29,821 nt of DNA from positions 10,726-40,546 of the forward strand of contig BTUC01000002.1 of NCBI GenBank assembly GCA_045863575.1, given 5' to 3'. The notes beneath the pieces were generated by a model, which worked only from the letters and a program-made list of their open reading frames with translations, ran no database searches and was not told where the DNA came from. The position numbers and the translations under genes were made by a program. Numbering within the stretch: the stretch's first letter is position 1; every line of letters starts with the position of its first letter. This document shows, in pieces, positions 24,346 through 29,821 of this stretch. The stretch comes from Phycisphaerae bacterium. Its GTDB lineage: Bacteria > Planctomycetota > Phycisphaerae > UBA1845 > PWPN01.

Positions 24346-27213
24346 ATGAAAGATTCGTTGCCCATAATCGTATTCTCTCATCTGCGGTGGGACTGGGTCT
24401 ATCAGCGCCCCCAGCATCTGATCTCGCGGTTGGCGGCCGGACGCCGTGTCTTCTTTGTCGAGGAACCCCAGCATGAACCAGGCGGCGAAGCGCGATGGAA
24501 CTTCTCCGAACCCGAACCGAACGTCCTCGTCTGCCGGCCTCTCACCCCCGTGGCGGCGCCGGGATTCGCTGATGAGCAGATGCCGGCCCTGCACTGCCTT
24601 TTGAGAGAATTGCGCGAGCGCGCCCATCTCGACGAATACGTCGTGTGGTTCTATACCCCCATGGCCCTTCCCCTGCTCGCGGGGCTCAAGCCGGCCGGCG
24701 TGGTGTACGACTGCATGGATGAGCTTTCGGCGTTCCGTGGCGCGCCGCCCGCACTGCTCGAGCGGGAAGCCGCCCTCTATCATGCGGCAGATGTCGTGTT
24801 CACCGGCGGGCCGAGCCTCTACAAGGCGAAACGCAGCCGCCACCACAACGTGCACTGCTTCCCCAGCAGCGTGGATGCCGCCCATTTTGGGAAGGCCCGC
24901 GGGCTGGCGCAGGAGCCCAAGGACCAGGCGGCGCTGGCCGGTCCGCGCCTGGGCTTCTTCGGCGTCATCGATGAGCGGCTGGACCTTCAGCTTCTGGATG
25001 CCATGGCCAGAGCCCACCCGGACTGGCAGATCTGCATGGTTGGCCCGGTGATCAAGATCGATCCGGGAGTGCTGCCGCGGCACACCAACATCCACTACTT
25101 CGGTCAGCGGCCCTACGAAGCCCTGCCCGGTTATCTGAAGGGTTGGGACGTCTGCCTGCTGCCGTTCGCGCGCAACGAAGCGACTCGGTTTATCAGCCCC
25201 ACGAAGACACTGGAGTACATGGCCGCGGAGAAGCCGATCGTCAGCACGCCGATTACCGACGTGGCCGAGCCCTACGGCCACATCGTCCGCCTGGGTGACG
25301 ACGCGGCCACGTTCATCGCAGCCTGCGAACAGGCGCTCAGCGCCACGCCGGAAGACCGCGCCGCACGAACGGCCGAAATGCGCAAAGTGCTGGCCAGAAC
25401 GTCCTGGGATACGACCGCCCGGGCCATGGCCGATCAGATCGAGGCGGTCGTGGCGGCCCGGCGGACTCTCAGCGCCTCATCCGCCCGGCAGCCCGCCGCC
25501 TCCTCAGACGAATCCGCAGGGCGCGTGGTCGTGGTCGGCGCCGGCCCGACCGGCTTGAGCGCCGCCTACCACCTGGGCTCCGACGCCCTGCTGCTCGAAC
25601 GCAACGAGCGCGTCGGCGGCTGGTGCCGGTCCATTGAGGATGGGGGCTTCACCTTCGATTACGCCGGCCACATCATGTTCTCCAACGACCCCTACGTGCA
25701 CGAACTCTACGAGAAGCTCCTGGGAGACAACGTCCACTGGCAGAACCGCGAGGCCTGGATCTTCAGCAAGGGCGTCTACACACGCTACCCGTTCCAGGGC
25801 GCCCTCTACGGTCTTCCACCTGAGGTGATCAAGGAGTGTATTGTCGGCGCAATTGAGGCACGCTTCGGCCCGATCAGGAAGAAAGCCTCCTCCGGCAATT
25901 CGACCGCTTCCGGCAACGGCAACGGCCGGGAGGCATCCTTGAAGATCGAAGCGCAGGGGGCGACCCCGCCCGCGGGCAACGGCAAAGTCAACGGCAACAA
26001 CGGCCATGCCCCAGGCTCTGCACGAACGACCAATGGCCACTCCAGGCCGCTCGCGGAGACACGCTCAGTTGCCTCCAGCTGCGCGGCTGGTGACGCCAAG
26101 GACTGCTGCGCGGACGGGCTCATGGAGAGTACGGCCCGCCTGGGCAGACCACAGAACACCAACGGCAATGGGAACGGGAACGGGTCGGATGCTTCCGGTG
26201 AGCCTCGAAACTTCGAGGAGTTCATCTATAGGGTGTGGGGCGCGGGCATCGCGAAGCACTTCGCGATTCCCTACAACCGCAAGCTGTGGGCCGTGCCGCT
26301 GACCGAGATGGAAACGTCCTGGCTGGGCGGGCGGGTTCCTCTGCCGGATCTGGAGGAGATGATCGACGGAGCCCTCAAGCCCGTCCCCGCCCCCATGGGT
26401 CCCAACGCGCGGTTCGGCTATCCGCTGCGCGGCGGATTCCAGGCACTCATGAACGGCTTCCTGCCGCACGTGCAGGACCGCCTGCGGCTGAACACAGCGG
26501 TCAAGAGTGTATCGCCCCGTCGCAAGACCATTACCACGCGAGATGGCGAGGAGATCCGCTACGAGTACCTGATCAGCACCATGCCTCTGCCGGTGCTGAT
26601 CGGGAGCATGGGTGACGAGGTGCCCGCATCCGTCCGGCAGGCGGCCGCCGGCTTGCGCTACGTCTCGGTTCGCTGCGTCAACATTGCCGTGGGCCGCGAG
26701 AACCTCACCGAGAAGCATTGGATCTACTACCCCGAGGACACGGTATTCCACCGCATCTTTGTGCAGGGCAATGCCAGTCCTCACTGCAACCGGCCCGGGG
26801 GCTTCGGCTTCACCTGTGAGATCACCTACTCACCGCACAAGCCGCTGCCCTGTGATGGTCAGGACCTGATCCAGCGTTGCATCGACGATTGCCGGCGCGT
26901 CGGCTTCATCCGGGAGGATGACCCCGTCTGGTGCGCGAACCAGGTGGACATGCCGCACGCGTATGTCGTCTACGACCACGGCCGATCGCGGAACGTGAAG
27001 CAGATCCGGGACTGGCTGGAAGAGCAGGACATCCTGCTGGCCGGCCGTTACAGCGAGTGGGAATACTACAACTCAGACCACGCCTTCATCGCCGGCAAGA
27101 AAGCGGCCGACAAGGTCCGGGAGCTCATGGCCGAGAGGTCGAATCGAAGCACTCGCGCCGCGGGGACGAGTCGAGTTCTGTCGGGCAAGGCCACCGCCGG
27201 CACGGGCGTCTGA
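24346..27213 (+). CDS. bifunctional fusion: GT-B glycosyltransferase (GT1/GT4-like) + eukaryotic-type UDP-galactopyranose mutase (UGM/Glf) with N/G-rich loop insertion
   Basis: ATG at 24346 sits 6 nt after GGGAGGA (track start 24313 is probably 11 codons too early). N-terminal 390 aa: IIVFSHLRWDWVYQRPQHLISRLA...EYMAAEKPIVSTP (GT-B E-x7-E). C-terminal about 560 aa align along their whole length with fungal/kinetoplastid UGM, from my recollection of the family, not a search: VVVGAGPTGLSAA, AGHIMFS, YPFQGA, NFEEFIYRVWGAGIAKHFAIPYNRKLWAVPLTEMETSWLGGRVPLPDLE, KHWIYYPED, GRYSEWEYYNSDHAF. An about 115-aa N/G/S-rich insertion (25880-26215; SGNSTASGNGNG...NTNGNGNGNGSD) lies between the ALEAR and FEEF motifs. 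Confidence 0.85.
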   Translation: MKDSLPIIVFSHLRWDWVYQRPQHLISRLAAGRRVFFVEEPQHEPGGEARWNFSEPEPNVLVCRPLTPVAAPGFADEQMPALHCLLRELRERAHLDEYVVWFYTPMALPLLAGLKPAGVVYDCMDELSAFRGAPPALLEREAALYHAADVVFTGGPSLYKAKRSRHHNVHCFPSSVDAAHFGKARGLAQEPKDQAALAGPRLGFFGVIDERLDLQLLDAMARAHPDWQICMVGPVIKIDPGVLPRHTNIHYFGQRPYEALPGYLKGWDVCLLPFARNEATRFISPTKTLEYMAAEKPIVSTPITDVAEPYGHIVRLGDDAATFIAACEQALSATPEDRAARTAEMRKVLARTSWDTTARAMADQIEAVVAARRTLSASSARQPAASSDESAGRVVVVGAGPTGLSAAYHLGSDALLLERNERVGGWCRSIEDGGFTFDYAGHIMFSNDPYVHELYEKLLGDNVHWQNREAWIFSKGVYTRYPFQGALYGLPPEVIKECIVGAIEARFGPIRKKASSGNSTASGNGNGREASLKIEAQGATPPAGNGKVNGNNGHAPGSARTTNGHSRPLAETRSVASSCAAGDAKDCCADGLMESTARLGRPQNTNGNGNGNGSDASGEPRNFEEFIYRVWGAGIAKHFAIPYNRKLWAVPLTEMETSWLGGRVPLPDLEEMIDGALKPVPAPMGPNARFGYPLRGGFQALMNGFLPHVQDRLRLNTAVKSVSPRRKTITTRDGEEIRYEYLISTMPLPVLIGSMGDEVPASVRQAAAGLRYVSVRCVNIAVGRENLTEKHWIYYPEDTVFHRIFVQGNASPHCNRPGGFGFTCEITYSPHKPLPCDGQDLIQRCIDDCRRVGFIREDDPVWCANQVDMPHAYVVYDHGRSRNVKQIRDWLEEQDILLAGRYSEWEYYNSDHAFIAGKKAADKVRELMAERSNRSTRAAGTSRVLSGKATAGTGV

Positions 27214-27244
27214 CCGCTAATCCGTAGCCGACGCAATCGAGCAG

Positions 27245-27266
27245 GAGGGGGCCTCGCGGCCCCCTC
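27245..27266 (+). terminator. GC hairpin (GAGGGGGCC-tcgc-GGCCCCCTC) 32 nt after the GT-UGM stop; a second hairpin (GGGGAGC-N11-GCTCCCC-TCTCTG) lies at 27317-27347
   Basis: Perfect 9-bp stem with a tetraloop, seen directly. No U-tract. Confidence 0.35.
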
Positions 27267-27541
27267 ACTATCACACCATCGGACGTACTCGCCGCACATG
27301 CCTGGCGCGCCGGGAAGGGGAGCAGCTCAAAGCCGCTCCCCTCTCTGCGGAGCTGGAAACGGCACGGCCGGCGGATGCTCAGGCAGAAGCCAGACGTGGG
27401 AAGCTGCAAGCTCATGAGCAGTGCAGAGGCAGGTTCCCGGCAGCGCGAACCGCGCGTATCGCCCGTTGGTAGATTCGGCGCAGTCGGACGCGTCCATGCT
27501 GATGACCCCCGCGGCACTTCAAGTCGGCTTGGCCGTGAAGC

Positions 27542-27841
27542 TCAGGGATGGACAACTTGCCAGCAATCACCGGTTTCCGGACCGTGGTAGAAGGACCTGC
27601 CTTTTAACGGGCCACATATCGCCCTCTTGTCCGTACAGGCCGGCCATTCGCAGAGCTCATAGATGCACTCCGCACATTTTTCAGGATCGTCAGGATAGAT
27701 CTGCCGAACGTCCTCATCGGCCATTTGGCCGGCCTCCTTCGGGCTTGAAGCGCAAATCAGCCAGGCCCAATCGTCGCCAGCAAGTGGGCAAGCTGGATGA
27801 TCTGCCTCCTGTCCCCAGCAAAACACAAGAAACACCTTCAT
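27542..27841 (-). CDS. small Cys-rich hypothetical protein (99 aa) in a lower-GC patch
   Basis: MKVFLVFCWGQEADHPACPLAGDDWAWLICASSPKEAGQMADEDVRQIYPDDPEKCAECIYELCEWPACTDKRAICGPLKG... GAGGT box 6 nt upstream of the ATG on the minus strand. Local GC is visibly lower than in the flanks. The overlapping 166-aa plus-strand ORF is R/P-rich junk. Confidence 0.4.
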   Translation of the reverse strand: MKVFLVFCWGQEADHPACPLAGDDWAWLICASSPKEAGQMADEDVRQIYPDDPEKCAECIYELCEWPACTDKRAICGPLKGRSFYHGPETGDCWQVVHP

Positions 27842-27878
27842 TGGACTACCTCTGCGGAAAGAGCCTACTCACGTTCAT

Positions 27879-28731
27879 CTATCGCCCGAAACAGGATAGC
27901 CTAGCGCCGGGTGTTCCGTAAGCCTGGGTCTTGGTGGTAAGCAGGCAGGTGGTCTCCTGGTAGACCCCCCAGGTCACATCGGCCGTGCCGGGCTCGGCGG
28001 GCCAGGTATCCGCGTTCCACGAGCTGCCACCCTGGAACGTGTGCATTTTCCGTCCGCCGTCCGTACGCGTCGTAATCATAACTGGGTAGCCGTACGTGGT
28101 CGTGGCTGGCCGAGTCCTGTTCGTAGTCGATGGCCCCCTTGGGAACGGCCGTGCGGTACGCCGTCGTGGTGGTCAGCCCGCGGGCGTCGGTCACGCCGGT
28201 CCGCCGGCCCAGTGGATCGTAGGCGTACCGGAACAGCAGCCAGCCAGTCTTGGCGTGATGTGTTTGCAGCAGGCCGTTGCGCGTGACCAGCACCTCATTG
28301 TAGTTCGCGTCCCAGTGATTGACGCTCCGGGTCACCCGCTTGTCGGCCAGGAGCAACGTCTCGGTGGTGATGTTCACGTTGCCGTGAGCATCCTGGACGC
28401 GCGTCTCACCGATCGTGCCTGCCGGGAAGTTGGTCAGCCGCCGTCGCTGGTAAGACGTCGGCGCCGTCCCGCTGTCGTCGGCGTGGACCTGGCTCGAAGT
28501 GGTCAGCCACCAGTCGCTGCCGATCTTCTCGTAAGCGGTTGAGGATGCAGTGATACGGTCGGCCGAGGCGGCGGTCAGATCGCCATCCGGCAGTTGATGG
28601 CCGTAAGGACGAGCCGGGAGGCGCGGGCCACAAGTGGCCCTCGGACCGCCACCGGCAGGGCTACGGCCGGCACGGCGACCTGACCGCGAGGAACTCTTAA
28701 GTGGTGGCGAGAGAGGCCGCGGCCGGGGATC
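27879..28731 (-). pseudogene. Rhs/YD-repeat protein fragment (internal core repeats only; no start codon, frameshifted near 28079)
   Basis: The minus-strand frame is open from the stop at 28732-34 down to 27901 (hand-translated): ...ADRITASSTAYEKIGSDWWLTTSSQVHADDSGTAPTSYQRRRLTNFPAGTIGETRVQDAHGNVNITTETLLLADKRVTRSVNHWDANYNEVLVTRNGLLQTHHAKTGWLLFRYAYDPLGRRTGVTDARGLTTTTAYRTAVPKGAIDYEQDSASHDHVRLPSYDYDAYGRRTEN... shows the YxYDxxGR YD-repeat periodicity. The N-terminal 60 aa are R/P-rich with no ATG. A second frame (27879..28079) continues after a +1 shift. There is no Rhs N-terminal domain, no DPxGL core end and no toxin tip. Confidence 0.5.
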
Positions 28732-28763
28732 TTAGGAAGGCCCCCCGGGCGCCGTGTTGATCA

Positions 28764-29821
28764 TTATCCGCCCGGCGGTGGAGACACCGGCTGAATCTCG
28801 TTCCGCGGAGCCGGCTTAGCGGGGACGGTAAAACGCGACCGAATCTTAGCACAAACCCGATCCGGCTGAAGCAGCTCTGATCCGTGGAGGAACAGCCCCG
28901 GCGGCTCCTTCCTGAAGAGGTAACGCCCCATCAGCCGGATGCACTCGTCGGTGGTCAGGGTCTGCGCCGGAGTCCCTATGGAAGTCTTTGGGGCCACCTC
29001 CCCTTTCAACCGCTCGATCCAAGACTCCACCGCGCCCTCAAGATCTTTGAGTCGTACGGGGGCTGCTGGCTCGATCCGGCCGCCGGATACAAGGAACGCC
29101 TTGATCCAGGTAGTACCAGGACCGCGCTGAACAACGAGGTAACGGAAAGCGTCCATCGGGCGCAGGTGTCGGTAGTCCTCGTGACTTAACTTCGCCGCGC
29201 GCTCGATTCGCTGTTTGAGCGCCGCGGCCCGCTCGAAGGCCAGCTCCGAAGCCGCCGCGCTCATCTGGCGGTGCCACTCGTCCAATGCGGTCGAACGCTG
29301 ACCCGCGGCGAAAGTGAGCGCCTGGCCGATGCTGGCCCGATACGCTTCCATTCCGATGGTGCCGTCACAGGGGGCGGGGCATTTACCCATGTCGAAGTAA
29401 GCGCAGCGCTGGCCGTTCGGCGCCTGGCGAAGCACCTCGTAGTAGCGGCACAAGTCGAACGCATCCTCCAGCAACTCGACCAGCCGGGTGGCCGCAGCCT
29501 GCGTGGGCATCGGTCCCAAGTCCACGCCGGGAGGAGAGCGCAATGCCTTGCCGGGGACAAACCGGGGAAAGGGGGCCTCGACGTCCACGTGCACGAACCA
29601 GCACAGGGGCAGCGCGATGTCCTTGAGATAGCGCGGCGGCATGATCTGACGGGCGATGCGCTGGTGCTCGAAATCCAGCTCGAACATCGAGTGGGCCGGC
29701 CGCCAGCGGATTCGCCGCACGATGGCGCCCAGATCCGCCCGCCGACGCGCGGGGGACGCCGGACCATCCCCGGGATCGCCGCGCAGACGGTTGAGCAGAG
29801 CCCGCCGGAGATCAGCAGCCA
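28764..29821 (-). CDS. UvrC-homolog (Cho-like) GIY-YIG excinuclease, N-terminus outside the window
   Basis: The minus-strand frame stays open from 29720 to the window edge (checked codon by codon), so the track's GTG 'start' at 29720 is internal. UvrB-interaction (UVR) motif MSAAASELAFERAAALKQRIERAAKL. Cys cluster DMGKCPAPCDG. Distal part of GIY-YIG (FELDFEHQRIARQIMPPRYLKDIALP..FPRF). The protein ends about 90 aa after the UVR region with no RNaseH-like/HhH C-terminal half, as in E. coli Cho. Confidence 0.55.
   Translation of the reverse strand, partial: AADLRRALLNRLRGDPGDGPASPARRRADLGAIVRRIRWRPAHSMFELDFEHQRIARQIMPPRYLKDIALPLCWFVHVDVEAPFPRFVPGKALRSPPGVDLGPMPTQAAATRLVELLEDAFDLCRYYEVLRQAPNGQRCAYFDMGKCPAPCDGTIGMEAYRASIGQALTFAAGQRSTALDEWHRQMSAAASELAFERAAALKQRIERAAKLSHEDYRHLRPMDAFRYLVVQRGPGTTWIKAFLVSGGRIEPAAPVRLKDLEGAVESWIERLKGEVAPKTSIGTPAQTLTTDECIRLMGRYLFRKEPPGLFLHGSELLQPDRVCAKIRSRFTVPAKPAPRNEIQPVSPPPGG

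Noticed and set aside
27421-27921. 166-aa plus-strand ORF
   Set aside because: R/P-rich and low-complexity. The opposite strand carries a better-composed ORF with an RBS.
1-29821. CRISPR arrays, rRNA, tRNA, IS elements and integrases
   Set aside because: No direct-repeat/spacer periodicity, no rRNA-like conserved stretches, and no transposase or integrase motifs in any frame.

Overview
This 29.8-kb window has about 65% GC and is coding-dense. The gene content suggests a Planctomycetes-like genome: dockerin-like C-terminal modules, PEP-CTERM/HAF-repeat proteins, a DUF1570 HExxH protein, and RBS-poor genes mixed with a few strong GGAGG sites. Reading left to right, it contains:
- a 3'-truncated DUF1570-like gene on the minus strand that the ORF track misses because it runs off the window edge;
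- argH;
- two secreted enzymes (an unknown hydrolase-like protein with a PKD domain, and a clan GH-A glycoside hydrolase with a ConA-like/DUF1080 domain) that share C-terminal Cys-containing dockerin-like modules;
- an OprB-family carbohydrate porin;
- a tiny convergent lipoprotein;
- a double zinc-ribbon/HEAT membrane protein;
- an NfeD–flotillin (YuaF/FloT-type) operon whose NfeD carries a DV/DA acidic repeat encoded by a hexanucleotide tandem repeat;
- a divergent S8-like protease carrying the same dockerin-like module;
- a PEP-CTERM island: a HAF-repeat protein, a quinoprotein sugar dehydrogenase, and two tandem paralogous CBM4_9-like PEP-CTERM genes, the second interrupted by an in-frame TAG while the downstream PEP-CTERM sequence remains in frame;
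- a glycan cluster: GH1-like, GH2, and a large fusion of a GT-B glycosyltransferase with a eukaryotic-type UDP-galactopyranose mutase that carries a long N/G-rich loop insertion;
- a lower-GC remnant island with a frameshifted Rhs/YD-repeat fragment and a small Cys-rich ORF;
- a 5'-partial UvrC/Cho-like GIY-YIG nuclease at the right edge.
No rRNA, tRNA or CRISPR was detected. Many long antisense ORFs in the track are spurious.
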